This document shows, piece by piece, positions 10,631 through 20,922 of a DNA stretch of 64,000 nucleotides. The notes below the pieces were generated by a model, which ran no database searches, had not been told where the DNA came from, and saw only the letters and a list, made by a program, of their open reading frames with translations. Source of the DNA: Candidatus Bathyarchaeota archaeon (lineage in GTDB: Archaea > Thermoproteota > Bathyarchaeia > Bathyarchaeales > Bathycorpusculaceae). Positions within the stretch are counted from its first letter, which is position 1; each line of letters opens with the position of its first letter. The stretch spans positions 32,001 to 96,000 of the forward strand of contig CAWABA010000004.1 in the NCBI GenBank assembly GCA_963780185.1, read 5' to 3'. The position numbers were made by a program, and so were the translations under genes.

Positions 10631-11134
10631 CTACGTGCTAACGTAATGTACCAAAGCTTCAAAGTGTGAACCTCTTTCAGTTACAATCTTAAAATCATAA
10701 GTATTCGAGCTAACGAAGTTTCCATTGAAAAATTGGCCTTCAATCGTCACGTGACTGCCCGCCTTAACCTGAATGCCGTTGAAGTTGATTGTGCCAGTCA
10801 ACGGGTTGTTAAGCGCCGTGCCGTTAACGTAAATCGCTGCAACTGTTATGACTACGCCTGAATCGGTCCCCAAATTTGCCTGAGTTCCCGTGTTGTACAC
10901 CGTAATGTTCACGGTGCTAGAAAGGACGTTACCAGCAGGCTGAATCCAAACATCTTCCAACGTCATGGACTCCAAAATAGAGCCGCCTGAACCAGCCTTG
11001 TAACTGTCAGCGTAAAAAACAACGGAGGAAAAAACGATGGTCATCCCCACCATGACAACCATAATCATCAAAATCGTTGAAATAACGGGTGAGAGGGCTT
11101 TTTTGTTTCTGAACAGTTTCATCAATGTTTTCAC
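10631..11134 (-). CDS. Archaeal type IV pilin
   Basis: NKKA-LSPVISTILMIMVVMVGM class III signal; YNTG and KIVTERG motifs. Confidence 0.85.
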   Translation of the reverse strand: MKTLMKLFRNKKALSPVISTILMIMVVMVGMTIVFSSVVFYADSYKAGSGGSILESMTLEDVWIQPAGNVLSSTVNITVYNTGTQANLGTDSGVVITVAAIYVNGTALNNPLTGTINFNGIQVKAGSHVTIEGQFFNGNFVSSNTYDFKIVTERGSHFEALVHYVST

Positions 11135-11979
11135 ATCCAGGTCGGGGGAATCGAAATAAAGAAAATAGCGTATCCAACAACGCCTAAAATTATCGCGTGT
11201 TTTAAACCAGCGGCAACTCTTCGTTCAGCAAGCTTACCAGCAACCAATCCCCCGGTGACTGCGGAAACGATCATGTCTTTGTAGAAGAAATCTTTCAATC
11301 CGCCTATGGAACCTACGGAGCCTTGGCCAAGGATCTGCTGTTGCCCCTGCACTGGAGCAAAGAACGACTGCACCAAAAGGATTGCCACGACCAAAAATAT
11401 TGCGAAAGCCGTGTAAATGACGATTATGTATGGTTTCATCTGGGCGCTTGTCTCTTTATCCATATCCTTCATCTCCTCCATGAAACCTGACGTCTCCGTG
11501 AAAACCTTCTTAATTGTGCCTCCTGAACGGCTAGCCTCAAGCACCAAAGCGCAGAACCTGTTGACAATCGGCGAGTTGATTCGGTTTTTGAAGTTGATTA
11601 GAGCTTGTTCGAAAGATGCGCCCCAAGCCATTTGAACCGTCAACTTCTTAACTTCGTCAGACAGGGGGTGCCCGATCATTTTGTTTTCCACGATTTTTTC
11701 CAGCGACTTAATCAAGGTTAACCCAGTTTCTTGAGATTCTGAAATACCGCGTACAAGCTGCGGCATCTGGTCTTCTATCGCCGACATCCAACGTTGATTT
11801 TCAAAATCCATTACAGCCGCGGGAACAATAATGATGAACAACGCGGCAAGGAATATTTCGTTAGCGAAACTCGTTAAAGCATTGAAATCGGCGAAGGCGA
11901 GGACAGCGACGACTAAAATTACTAGTACCGAGGAAACCGCTACGGTCATTTGCCTTGTTTTCTTGGATATTTGACGCAT
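11131..11979 (-). CDS. Type II secretion F / TadC-like pilus platform membrane protein
   Basis: P..VRGISESQETG, EASRSGG, AAGLKHA; multiple transmembrane helices; ATG at 11979 preceded by AGGTGA. Confidence 0.9.
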   Translation of the reverse strand: MRQISKKTRQMTVAVSSVLVILVVAVLAFADFNALTSFANEIFLAALFIIIVPAAVMDFENQRWMSAIEDQMPQLVRGISESQETGLTLIKSLEKIVENKMIGHPLSDEVKKLTVQMAWGASFEQALINFKNRINSPIVNRFCALVLEASRSGGTIKKVFTETSGFMEEMKDMDKETSAQMKPYIIVIYTAFAIFLVVAILLVQSFFAPVQGQQQILGQGSVGSIGGLKDFFYKDMIVSAVTGGLVAGKLAERRVAAGLKHAIILGVVGYAIFFISIPPTWM

Positions 11980-11986
11980 TTTTTGT

Positions 11987-12847
11987 TCACCTAGGAGGAC
12001 TGATCGAATCAACTATCAACAAGATTATGCCCACGCCCGCAGGTGTTATAACGTAAACCAGAAGGGTAAGCAAAACTTGCGGGCTGATGTTTCCAAGCAT
12101 CGTGGCGCCGCCGCCTAAAAACGACATTACAGTAAGCATAACAACCAGCGACAGAGGAAGAGCAATCATGAAGCTAACATACACCTCAGCCATGCCTGCC
12201 AAACTCTCCAAGTAGCCCTTCATCGAGGCAACTCTGGCTTTCTTGTACTTCTCACCCGCATCCCGCAAATAAGCAGCCAAGTCGCCGCCGACATGCGTCG
12301 TAGTCACAATGCCGTCAAGCATCCCCGCGAACTTGCGCGACGCCGAACGCAAAGCCCCGCTCTTTAGGGCTTCGTTAAGGTCTAACCCTAACACTTCAAT
12401 GTCACCGATGATTCGGCGAACCTCTTGCCCTAAACCAAACTCATCGCCCACATTAGCCAAGGAACGAAAAACTCTTTCAGGAGGCATCCCAGAGCTGGCA
12501 AGAACAGCCATGAAATTTGCCGTAAGAGGAAGGCATGCATCTATCCTTCTTGCTTTTGAAGAAATCCCCAGCATGGGATACGTGTAGGAAATGCCGAACG
12601 CACAAACAAAAAATAGGAGCCCGATCAGAAGCGAAAGGACAACGTTAAATGAAATCATGAGTGCCAGATAAAAAGAGACTGTGCCCGAAACGACTGAGGC
12701 GAAAGCCATTATTCCCACATAGGCTTGAAAGGTGATCTTTAAGCTGGCTTTAGCAAGGCTTGATTGTAGGGAGCTGAATTTGGAGACAAGGCTTTTTGGG
12801 ATAACGTCGAATATTTTCAGCGACAGGTTCAGCAATGCCTTATTCAT
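11987..12847 (-). CDS. Type II secretion F / TadB-like pilus platform membrane protein
   Basis: FMAVLASSGMPPE, GLDLNEAL, GGDLAAYL motifs. Confidence 0.9.
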   Translation of the reverse strand: MNKALLNLSLKIFDVIPKSLVSKFSSLQSSLAKASLKITFQAYVGIMAFASVVSGTVSFYLALMISFNVVLSLLIGLLFFVCAFGISYTYPMLGISSKARRIDACLPLTANFMAVLASSGMPPERVFRSLANVGDEFGLGQEVRRIIGDIEVLGLDLNEALKSGALRSASRKFAGMLDGIVTTTHVGGDLAAYLRDAGEKYKKARVASMKGYLESLAGMAEVYVSFMIALPLSLVVMLTVMSFLGGGATMLGNISPQVLLTLLVYVITPAGVGIILLIVDSISPPR

Positions 12848-14486
12848 TTTTAATAACCTCTTTTAAGATCGGCTCGGGTTTTTCAAGGTAGCTTCGCACG
12901 ATGTTTGAGACCTCTTTGTAGTTCCGCGTGTTATTCTTAACCAGCCAACGAATCAATTCGGCTCTGCGGCCAATCTCCTCCATGGCTTCTTCAGGAGTTT
13001 TACCTACTTTCTCAGCAACCTTCTCCAAAATGTAGCTTCGACCAGTAAAATCAAAAGTATCCTGACTCGGGTTCCACCTGTAAACCTCATTCGTCAAAAT
13101 TTCACCCGACCGCGGATCTAACCCCACTATTTCGGAGGTTGAAACAGTTTTCCTCACGGGTTTCCCGTTTAACTCCACCCTTTTTTGGACGAGAATGATG
13201 TCTATTCCTGCGATAAGCGTGCGCGGAATATTCATAGGCGCCGATTCCAGCCGGTAAACCGCTGACTCCACGGATTCAGCGTGAACAGTGGACATTCCAA
13301 GGTGACCCGTGCTTACGGCTTGGAAAAGAGTGTAAGCTTCCGCGCCCCTGATTTCGCCTACAATGATGTAGTCGGGTCTTTGCCTCAGCGACGCCTTCAA
13401 AAGATCAAAAAGCGTCACGTCTGAGTTTTCAGTTGAAAGACCAAAATGTGTCCTTGTCGCCGCAGGAATCCAGTTCTGATGCGGAAGATTCAACTCAGGA
13501 GTATCTTCGATCGAGACCACTTTTAGGTCTGGCTTGATGAACATGCTTAGGCAGTTCAGCAGGGTAGTTTTGCCTGCCGCGATGCCGCCTGCCACCAGAA
13601 TCGAAACCCGGTTTTCCACCGCGTACCAGAAGAAAGCAGCCATCTCAGCCGACAACGTGTTGAAAGACACCAGGTCGGTTACCGTGAATGGGTCAAGCTT
13701 GAATTTTCTGATGGTGAAAGTTGAGCCTTTACGGGTAACTTCGCTGCCGTAGGTTAAGTTAATTCGGCTGCCGTCAGGCAAACTGGCATCCAGCATGGGC
13801 TGCGCGATGGACACGTGGCTTCCGCAAAGGTAAGCCAGCCTCAAAGCGTAAGTGTCAAGCTCCTCCGCGGTTTCAAACCGAATGTTAGTGGGGATAGACT
13901 CGAATTTTCTGTGCCAAATATACATGGGAACGTTGACGCCGTCGCATGAAATGTCCTCGATTAAGGGGTCATGCATAAGCGAGTCGATTTTGCCGAAGCC
14001 AAGGTTATCCCTTACGATGTAGTAGAGCAGTTTGCTGCGGGTTTCGGGGGCTAAGTCGAATTTGTAGTCGTCGAATATCTTCTTGCTCTTTTCAACCAAG
14101 TATTCTGCAGCGGCCTGCTTCGACTTGAGCTCTTTAGGCTTAAACTCTAGCACTTCGTTTAGAATAAGTTTCAGCCGCTCCAGATTCGCAAGGTCCACTT
14201 TATCCAGCGCGGGTTCCTCAACGGCATAGTTAATGTTGCCTCTTGACATGTCCCGAGTGACCTGCGCGTAGGCGTATGGAGCGTTAAGCGCGTAGCTTTC
14301 CAGCAAAGCAACGTCGTTTGCAAGAACCTCCGCTTTGGTTTCAGGTACCGACGCATTTTGATCTGAATTGTCAACCGTGCTCCCTGCTGCCATGTCTTCG
14401 ATAACTGTGCTTTCCGTTATGGCAACGGGTTTTTTTCGGTTAAACAGTTTTCCTATCTGTTTGTTGAACACCGTGAATATATCCAT
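12840..14486 (-). CDS. Type IV pilus/archaellum-family secretion ATPase (PilB/ArlI/TadA-like)
   Basis: IEDISCDG, GGIAAGKTT, SIEDTPEL, LRQRPDYIIVGEIRG, TGHLGMSTVHA. Confidence 0.95.
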   Translation of the reverse strand: MDIFTVFNKQIGKLFNRKKPVAITESTVIEDMAAGSTVDNSDQNASVPETKAEVLANDVALLESYALNAPYAYAQVTRDMSRGNINYAVEEPALDKVDLANLERLKLILNEVLEFKPKELKSKQAAAEYLVEKSKKIFDDYKFDLAPETRSKLLYYIVRDNLGFGKIDSLMHDPLIEDISCDGVNVPMYIWHRKFESIPTNIRFETAEELDTYALRLAYLCGSHVSIAQPMLDASLPDGSRINLTYGSEVTRKGSTFTIRKFKLDPFTVTDLVSFNTLSAEMAAFFWYAVENRVSILVAGGIAAGKTTLLNCLSMFIKPDLKVVSIEDTPELNLPHQNWIPAATRTHFGLSTENSDVTLFDLLKASLRQRPDYIIVGEIRGAEAYTLFQAVSTGHLGMSTVHAESVESAVYRLESAPMNIPRTLIAGIDIILVQKRVELNGKPVRKTVSTSEIVGLDPRSGEILTNEVYRWNPSQDTFDFTGRSYILEKVAEKVGKTPEEAMEEIGRRAELIRWLVKNNTRNYKEVSNIVRSYLEKPEPILKEVIKNE

Positions 14487-14556
14487 CCTAAGTTTTTACA
14501 CTAATAAATAAAAAAGAAAGAGAGGCAAAAAGAATGCAAAAGCTCAGTTACGACTC

Positions 14557-15000
14557 TTAAGGTGCCTGCTGTGTTGTTTGGCTGTATGTTCCGCCTTGGG
14601 TAGTTACTTTAATGGTGACTGTTTGTCCGCTTATCAGTGAAGGACCAGATGCCGATGTAATGATCGCGGTGCTCCCAGCAGCTAACGAAGACGTCGAAGA
14701 AGTAGCACTGGCATCCTGCACACCATTAATGTACAGACACTGCGCCGAAACAATAGTAACTGTATTCGTACCCACATTTTGCAGATACACAGTTGCAACC
14801 TTTTCACTAGTAGGCGTGCCCGTAAAAGTCACGCTTTGAACCTGCACTGCGCTGCCGGTGTTACTCGTTTGAAAACCGATGTAGCCCATAACCCAAGCAT
14901 AAACAACAAGCGAAGCCACGACTGCAATAGCTATCAAAAGTAACGTCGCAATTATAGGCGAAATGGCCTTGCCATTTTTACGAATTTTACGAAAAATCAT
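14557..15000 (-). CDS. Archaeal type IV pilin (probable major pilin)
   Basis: NGKA-ISPIIATLLLIAIAVVASLVVYAW; 147 aa; first gene upstream of the ATPase. Confidence 0.9.
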   Translation of the reverse strand: MIFRKIRKNGKAISPIIATLLLIAIAVVASLVVYAWVMGYIGFQTSNTGSAVQVQSVTFTGTPTSEKVATVYLQNVGTNTVTIVSAQCLYINGVQDASATSSTSSLAAGSTAIITSASGPSLISGQTVTIKVTTQGGTYSQTTQQAP

Positions 15001-15071
15001 GTTAAGAAAGCTCTCCTTTCTTAAGGAAACTCTCGGCTGCCTGCTTAAAAAGCGGTATGCAACAATCTTCT

Positions 15072-15124
15072 ATGAAACAATATTCCACCTTAATTCTTAT
15101 AAGACAAGCGACGAAACATTCCAT
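15072..15124 (-). promoter_or_regulatory. Pilin promoter: TATA box (15096-15103) flanked by two copies of the TTCCAC/TTCCAT operator-like motif
   Basis: ATGAAACAATATTCCAC at 15072-15088 and GCGACGAAACATTCCAT at 15108-15124. Confidence 0.5.
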
Positions 15125-15231
15125 AGAAGAGTTAGCGCTAACAGCCACCACACCAACGGATTTGAAAAGGAAAAGATAGCTCCAAAGCTTTGTTTATCTA
15201 AGCATCTTAAACATAAAAGGAAAGCCAAATT

Positions 15232-15882
15232 ATGAAGCTTATTAAAACTGGAATCGCAGGCTTAGACGAATTCTTGACTGGAGGGTTACCCCCTAAAATC
15301 CTTCTTTTAATCGGCTTGCCAGGGTCAGGAAACGAAGTCTTCGCGAGGCAAATAGCCTTCTGCAGAGCGAAAGAAGCCAAAGTAACCTACTTCACCGTCC
15401 ACTCAACCCCGGAGGGAGTAAAAGAAGACATGAGCCTCTACAACTGGGACATCTCACCGCTTGAAGCAGCTGGAAACTGGAAATTCCAAACCCTCGCCAA
15501 AGCAAGCAACCTGGCAGAAACCGTAATTGAAGAAATGCAGCAAAACAGAACCGTCATCATCGACTCTTTCTCCGAAGTCCTCTTAACCCGAAAGATCGAG
15601 GAACTAGTAGGTCTCCTCAGCGCTATGTCCCGCGAAAACAGAAACAGCGACCAATACCACCTGCTCCTCTTAACCGAGGGAATGCAAGACCAAAAATCCG
15701 AAACCGCAATGCAGCACTTCGCCGAAGGCGTAATAATATTCAACACCGCATGGACAACAGATAACACGCAAAGAGACATCTTGATTAAAAAAATGAAAGG
15801 TGCCATCGTGCCCTCACGAAGACTACCCTACTCAATCGGCAAACGCGGCTTCCTCATAGAAACAGCAACCAGAATAACCTAA
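15232..15882 (+). CDS. Single-domain KaiC/RAD55-family ATPase with a degenerate Walker A
   Basis: IKTGIAGLDEFLTGGLP, GLPGSGNE, VIIDSF, IKKMKG, ends TRIT. Confidence 0.85.
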   Translation: MKLIKTGIAGLDEFLTGGLPPKILLLIGLPGSGNEVFARQIAFCRAKEAKVTYFTVHSTPEGVKEDMSLYNWDISPLEAAGNWKFQTLAKASNLAETVIEEMQQNRTVIIDSFSEVLLTRKIEELVGLLSAMSRENRNSDQYHLLLLTEGMQDQKSETAMQHFAEGVIIFNTAWTTDNTQRDILIKKMKGAIVPSRRLPYSIGKRGFLIETATRIT

Positions 15883-16000
15883 AAAAAACGGTTTTTCCCG
15901 CTTTCTACGGAATTGCCGCAAGAAAAAATCGGGCCAAAGCTTAGCGCAGAAAGTTTAAGAGAAACATCAAACATACTAGCGTATAGATATTTTCCAAGCG

Positions 16001-16360
16001 GTGAAACGCTTGAAGAAACTGTTGATTTTTGAAAGTCGAAGAAATCATTTTCAGGTTCTATCAGACATTCTTGAGTTATGTAGGATGCCTCAGGCAAAAA
16101 CCTGCATTTTACGCAGCACAAACACAAGTTTTAAGCTGCTTGAGAAGTACCTGCTGCAACTGCAAACATCTGGGCTTTTAGACCTGCAAGACAAAACAAG
16201 AAAATACACAACAACAAAAGAAGGACAAAAATTCATCGAAACATGGGTCTACATAAAAACAATGCTCTACCCCCAAGCCGCGCCAATGCTGACACACAAC
16301 AAAAAACGAACCCTATACAACCACTTAACCGCCATACCCGTAAGAGCAACCGCCGCCTAA
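16001..16360 (+). CDS. Winged-helix transcriptional regulator (HTH_45-like)
   Basis: RRNHFQVLSDILE...KT.I....N.S...L.KYL..L...GLL...Y.TT.EG..F. Confidence 0.8.
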   Translation: MKRLKKLLIFESRRNHFQVLSDILELCRMPQAKTCILRSTNTSFKLLEKYLLQLQTSGLLDLQDKTRKYTTTKEGQKFIETWVYIKTMLYPQAAPMLTHNKKRTLYNHLTAIPVRATAA

Positions 16361-16674
16361 CACAAAACCGACACCGAAAACGTTGCCTGCACAGAACTTA
16401 CGTAACCCAAGTCCAAAATCCTAGATACCCCTTTTCGCCCGCCCAAACTTGAATTCGAAAGTCCGATTACCCAATAAACTTTTTTTCCACCGTCAGAGCA
16501 TCAGGGGCGGTGAGGGTTTTTGTTTTTGGTTATGTGTTTTGGTGTTCAACACAACTAAGTATAGTTTATTAATACATAATATACTTAAGCAACTTGCCAC
16601 GAAAAAATAACAAGAAAACCCCACGCAAACGCACACTCACAGTGCCGCCAGAAACAAATGGCAAATAAAAAACG

Positions 16675-18840
16675 TTGAACAGTGAAAGAAAAATGTTCAG
16701 AAAAACAAAAACCGTAACCATAGCACTGATAATTACAGTTTCATTACTCATGATAGTGGGCCAAAACAGCGGCTACGCCTCAACAAACGCCCCAGCCGCC
16801 CTAAAAATCTACATCGGACCCACGAGCGTGTCCGCAGACAACAACTCCTACACCTGCATTTACGTTCAACTTCTGGATTCCAGCCAACACCCAACAAGGG
16901 CATTGCAGGACACAGCCATTGGATTATCGTCTTCTAACACAAACATAGGAACAGTCAAACCGTCAATCACCATACCCGCAGGCGCAACATATACGTCAAC
17001 AAGCTTCCAGACAACTTTCAGCCCGGGATCCTCAACAATTGCGGCTACAGCAAGCGGGTTCGCAACCGTGCAGGCAGCAATAACCACCATTGGACCGATT
17101 CCGGCGAAAGTGGCTGTCTACGGGTACCCATCGAGCCTGCCGGCAGACGGCAACACTTACAACTGCATATTAGTTCAGTTGCAGGATTCAAGCGGCGCCC
17201 CCGCGAAAGCTCCCAAGGAAGGAGTCCAAGTTACGCTTTCATGCTCCGACACCACAAACGTCGGATCTGTCGCATCAAACGTCACGATCGCAGAAGGAGG
17301 AACCTACGCAACCACCAGCTTCACCACAGTGGCGGGCACGAACAAAATTTGGACCGCTTCGGTAAGCGGCGTCGCCCAAGGATACACGTCTGTACCACTA
17401 ACCATCACAACCACGCCAGTTGCCACGAACCCGAACATACTCAAAATCTTCAATGGACCCACGCAGATCCCCGCAGACAAGAGCGAGTACCATACGGTAG
17501 CGCTTGAACTGCAGAATGCGACAGGTTTTGTCAGTGAACTTCCATCTGACCTAAGCGTTTCTCTATCGTCATCAGACCAGACCATAGCCCAGATTAACTC
17601 GCAGATAACTATTCAGGCGGGTCAAGCCTTTGGATTGGCGGATTTAACTACAACTTACAAGCCAGGCGCCACGACCATAACCGCGGCAGCCAACAACGTC
17701 AACTCAGGAACACTGCTGATAACAGCGAAGGGCTTTACGCCTTCGAAACTGGCGGTTTTCTGCGTTCCAGCAAGTTTACCCTCTGACAACGGAACATACA
17801 GCGCAATCCAGGTTCAGGTTCAAGATTCAAGCGGGAACCCAGCGAAGGATCCGACCTCCGACGTGACGGTAAGTCTGTTTTCGTCGCAGCCGACGGTTGG
17901 CACTGTCATTTCAACGTTGACTATTCCGTTTGGGCAGTCGCAAGCCGCAGGAACCATCACAGTAACCAACTCGCCTGGAACAACCTCAATCACCGCGCAG
18001 GCGTCAAGCTACACCACGGGGCAAGCAACGATGAATACGTACGTCATAGATTTCATGCCGTTGCAGTTGACTCTAACACCGGACTCCGCAAGCCTCTACA
18101 ACGGACAACAAACAAAGATAACCGTGTACGTAACCGCCAATGACGCCCCAATATTAGGCGCCACAGTACATTTCACATCAGACAACGGAGGAACCTTCAC
18201 GACACCGAAAGAACAAGGAAACGGCTACTACACCACAAACTTCACAGCCACCAGCTTCACAAAAGCAACAACCTGCACAATCACAGCCGCCGCCTCAAAA
18301 ACAGGATACGCAAACTCCCAAGCAACCACATCGATAACTGTCCAGCCGCCCGATTCCACCTCAACCTCAAATTCCACCGCCAACTCCACAACTTCGAACT
18401 CCACCCAAACTTCAAACTCCGCCTCAAAAGCCGCCATGAAAATACAGTTACACCTCCAAGATAGCCAAGGCAACCCGCTAGCCGAAGCAAACCTAACCTC
18501 AATAGTTCAACCAGCTGGAGTGTCACCGCTCTTCGGCGTCACAAACTCAACGGGCTACGTCGTTTTCCAGAAGGTTCCCACGGGAAACTACACGTTTAGA
18601 ATAGTCAAAGAAGGATACTACAACACAAGCCAACGCGTCAACCTGAAAGACGCGCCGATAGCGTTGACATTGACGCTTACCAGCCTCACCAGCGCATCGA
18701 AATCAGCTGGCAGCGGCAACAGTTCCCTACCCACCATTCTAATCGCCGCAGTCGTAGCGGTCGTAGCGGTAGTTGCCGTCATACTGGTCGTTAAACGCAG
18801 AGGGTCAAAAGCCCCCGAAGCGCCAAATTCACAATACTAG
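16675..18840 (+). CDS. Large surface protein with tandem Ig-like (invasin/Big-type) domains, an S/T/N linker and a C-terminal membrane anchor
   Basis: Four repeats of ..P..LPAD...Y..I.VQLQDS.G.P...D..V.LSSS; carboxypeptidase-regulatory-like domain; C-terminal transmembrane helix + KRR. Confidence 0.8.
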   Translation: MNSERKMFRKTKTVTIALIITVSLLMIVGQNSGYASTNAPAALKIYIGPTSVSADNNSYTCIYVQLLDSSQHPTRALQDTAIGLSSSNTNIGTVKPSITIPAGATYTSTSFQTTFSPGSSTIAATASGFATVQAAITTIGPIPAKVAVYGYPSSLPADGNTYNCILVQLQDSSGAPAKAPKEGVQVTLSCSDTTNVGSVASNVTIAEGGTYATTSFTTVAGTNKIWTASVSGVAQGYTSVPLTITTTPVATNPNILKIFNGPTQIPADKSEYHTVALELQNATGFVSELPSDLSVSLSSSDQTIAQINSQITIQAGQAFGLADLTTTYKPGATTITAAANNVNSGTLLITAKGFTPSKLAVFCVPASLPSDNGTYSAIQVQVQDSSGNPAKDPTSDVTVSLFSSQPTVGTVISTLTIPFGQSQAAGTITVTNSPGTTSITAQASSYTTGQATMNTYVIDFMPLQLTLTPDSASLYNGQQTKITVYVTANDAPILGATVHFTSDNGGTFTTPKEQGNGYYTTNFTATSFTKATTCTITAAASKTGYANSQATTSITVQPPDSTSTSNSTANSTTSNSTQTSNSASKAAMKIQLHLQDSQGNPLAEANLTSIVQPAGVSPLFGVTNSTGYVVFQKVPTGNYTFRIVKEGYYNTSQRVNLKDAPIALTLTLTSLTSASKSAGSGNSSLPTILIAAVVAVVAVVAVILVVKRRGSKAPEAPNSQY

Positions 18841-18920
18841 CCAACCGCCCTTCTCCCTCTTTTACTGTAGCGGCAGGTTAACCATAACGTTATATTAACA
18901 GAAAGTTGAGTTAAGACACT

Positions 18921-19313
18921 GTGACAGATACAGTGCAAAATAGGAAGGTTCCTGACCCGAATCATAAGCATGACATAAAGAAAACCCACGTCGCATTCGT
19001 TGAATATGACGACGTCAACTTCTCCAAACTTGTCAAGGACACAAGATACTTCGGGGAAGGCAACTCCAAAGAACGGGTTATAGAGTTCGATTTCGAATAC
19101 TGCCTCGGCTGCGGGTTAAGGTTGCTTGACGGCAAACCAATAATGACAAGGGACATTTTAGAGCACGAATTCGAAAGACTCGTAAGGCAGGCAAAAAACA
19201 ACAAATACGTTAGCGCAGAGCAAACAACCATACAACATTCAGATTTCGAGACAATGGAGCGACTAATCAAGAGCGCTTTAGAATTTGGAAAACTTCAAGA
19301 AAACAAGGCGTAA
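18921..19313 (+). CDS. Hypothetical protein with one CxxC
   Basis: 130-aa ORF with an upstream TATA-like element; HxH and CLGC motifs. Confidence 0.5.
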   Translation: MTDTVQNRKVPDPNHKHDIKKTHVAFVEYDDVNFSKLVKDTRYFGEGNSKERVIEFDFEYCLGCGLRLLDGKPIMTRDILEHEFERLVRQAKNNKYVSAEQTTIQHSDFETMERLIKSALEFGKLQENKA

Positions 19314-19374
19314 ACACACTCTCGATCGTATTATTCTAAGAATTTTAAAAAATTTTGGAGCTTAACATGTAGTG

Positions 19375-19970
19375 CTATTGACTTGGAACGCCCAATCTAC
19401 GATATCTAAGCAACGGGTCCTTAACCAATAACTGTTGATCTTTCTGGTTAACAATGTCCTTAATCATCTCCAAAATCTCTGTATGATGCGCTTCATCGCC
19501 GATTATTCTTCTGAAAATCCGTTTAACATGCTCTGAACCAAAGTTATATTTTTTCGGTATTTCGGATTCAAAGAAAAGCAAAGACTTCACTTGGATAAGA
19601 ACCTCATACTCTTCGCCCATCTGACTTTCAAGCAAATTGAGTTTTTCCGTTAATTCAGGTAAATTATCTTCTGAGATTTTGGCTGTGTCAACGAAATATG
19701 ATTCGAATTTGTCCATTGCTTTCTGGGCTTTATGCATCTTTTTTTGGGTGTCTTTTGTTTTCCAGTGACTTGAGGTATACTCTCAACTATGCCTTCAAGT
19801 AAATGGTAGTGTTTTTGGCTATCCAAGGAGACTTCAAGAAGGAGTGCTTTGATTAAGGGGAAATCAACCTTGTCTGCGATGTTTTTGTAAAGTCTGGCGG
19901 TGTTGTCTTCCAAAAGGCTCAGGTTATAAATAAAACCCACTATGTCGTCGGGATTCGCGGTTTTTTTCAT
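19375..19970 (-). CDS. Ferritin-like/rubrerythrin-family protein, split by a 1-nt frameshift near 19752
   Basis: LEDNTARLY, DSQKH in the first frame; E...EEY, DEAHH in the second; adding one A in caaaagac joins them (KQKDTQKKMHKA). Confidence 0.75.
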
Positions 19971-20088
19971 GTTGACTCTATTCAAATTAGAATTTATATG
20001 GTTTATTAATACTTTATGAACCAGAGATCCTGCCAAACCCCCAAAGCACTCAAAACAGGCTTGCCTGAAGGTTCCTTGCCTACGGAAA

Positions 20089-20114
20089 CCCAAGTCTACA
20101 AGCCTAGACCAAGC
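20089..20114 (-). repeat. 26-bp exact copy of tRNA-Pro positions ~15-37 (att-like remnant)
   Basis: cccaagtctacaagcctagaccaagc is identical to 23197-23222. Confidence 0.9.
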
Positions 20115-20203
20115 GCAATTCTGTTTGCATTCAACTTTGTGGAAGATTTATAAATTGGTGGTCTCATATTGAGGAGTGGGAAAGAATTTCAAAGTGGGAA
20201 AAA

Positions 20204-20455
20204 ATGGAAGAAGCAACTACAAAAATAGATGAAAAAGGCAGGATAATAATCCCAAAGGCCATCAGAAAAAAAGCCAAGTTAAAGCCTGGAACATATGTTA
20301 ACGTGAAATCGAAAGATCACCTAATAATAATTGAACCATCAGAGCCAATAGCAGAGAAGTATTTTGGAATCTTCCAAGTCTCCAAATGGCCAGAAGATTT
20401 AGACGAGTTCGCAACAGAGGCAACCAAAAAATGGTGGATCCAGCAAGGTACATAG
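20204..20455 (+). CDS. AbrB/MazE-family antitoxin
   Basis: KIDEKGRIIIPKAIRKKAKLKPG; overlaps the downstream PIN gene. Confidence 0.9.
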   Translation: MEEATTKIDEKGRIIIPKAIRKKAKLKPGTYVNVKSKDHLIIIEPSEPIAEKYFGIFQVSKWPEDLDEFATEATKKWWIQQGT

Positions 20456-20853
20456 ACGTAAACATATTCGTCTACTGGCTTGGAAACCACCCCGACTACG
20501 CCCAGACAGCCAAAAACTGGATTCAAAAAATTGAAAAGGCGCAGCGAGGCAAATACTTCACCGCCAGCCTGACATTGTACGAAGCAACGGTCATTTTAGC
20601 TGGGCTGACAGGAAAAAACCTCAAGGACAAGGACTTCATAACCCAAGTCATAACTCCGATAACGGCGCTCAAGCAATTAACGATAGAACCCCTCAAAGCC
20701 GAAGACCTCAAAAAAGCCGCACAGATAATGGAAATGTGCAAACTCGACTATGAAGATTCACTGCATCTAGCCGTGGCGCAAAGAGTGGGAGCCCAAGAAA
20801 TAGTCTCAAACGACAAAGACTTTGACAGAACAGAAATAAAAAGAACAATCTGA
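20431..20853 (+). CDS. vapC: VapC PIN-domain toxin
   Basis: YIDVNIF, LYE, LDYEDSLHLAVA, IVSNDKDFD. Confidence 0.9.
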   Translation: MVDPARYIDVNIFVYWLGNHPDYAQTAKNWIQKIEKAQRGKYFTASLTLYEATVILAGLTGKNLKDKDFITQVITPITALKQLTIEPLKAEDLKKAAQIMEMCKLDYEDSLHLAVAQRVGAQEIVSNDKDFDRTEIKRTI

Positions 20854-20922
20854 GAATTAGCCACCCAAAAAACATCCGATTGGTGGGGGCTGCTGGCACA
20901 CATACCCTCAGCACTTAAAAGC

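Noticed and set aside
10130-15882. Archaellum operon
   Set aside because: No ArlF/ArlG or chemotaxis genes; two separate TadB/TadC-like proteins and pilin-type subunits indicate an adhesive type IV pilus.
20089-20114. Split-tRNA 5' half or intron-containing second tRNA-Pro
   Set aside because: No acceptor-stem 5' strand upstream, and no recognisable 3' exon or bulge-helix-bulge partner.
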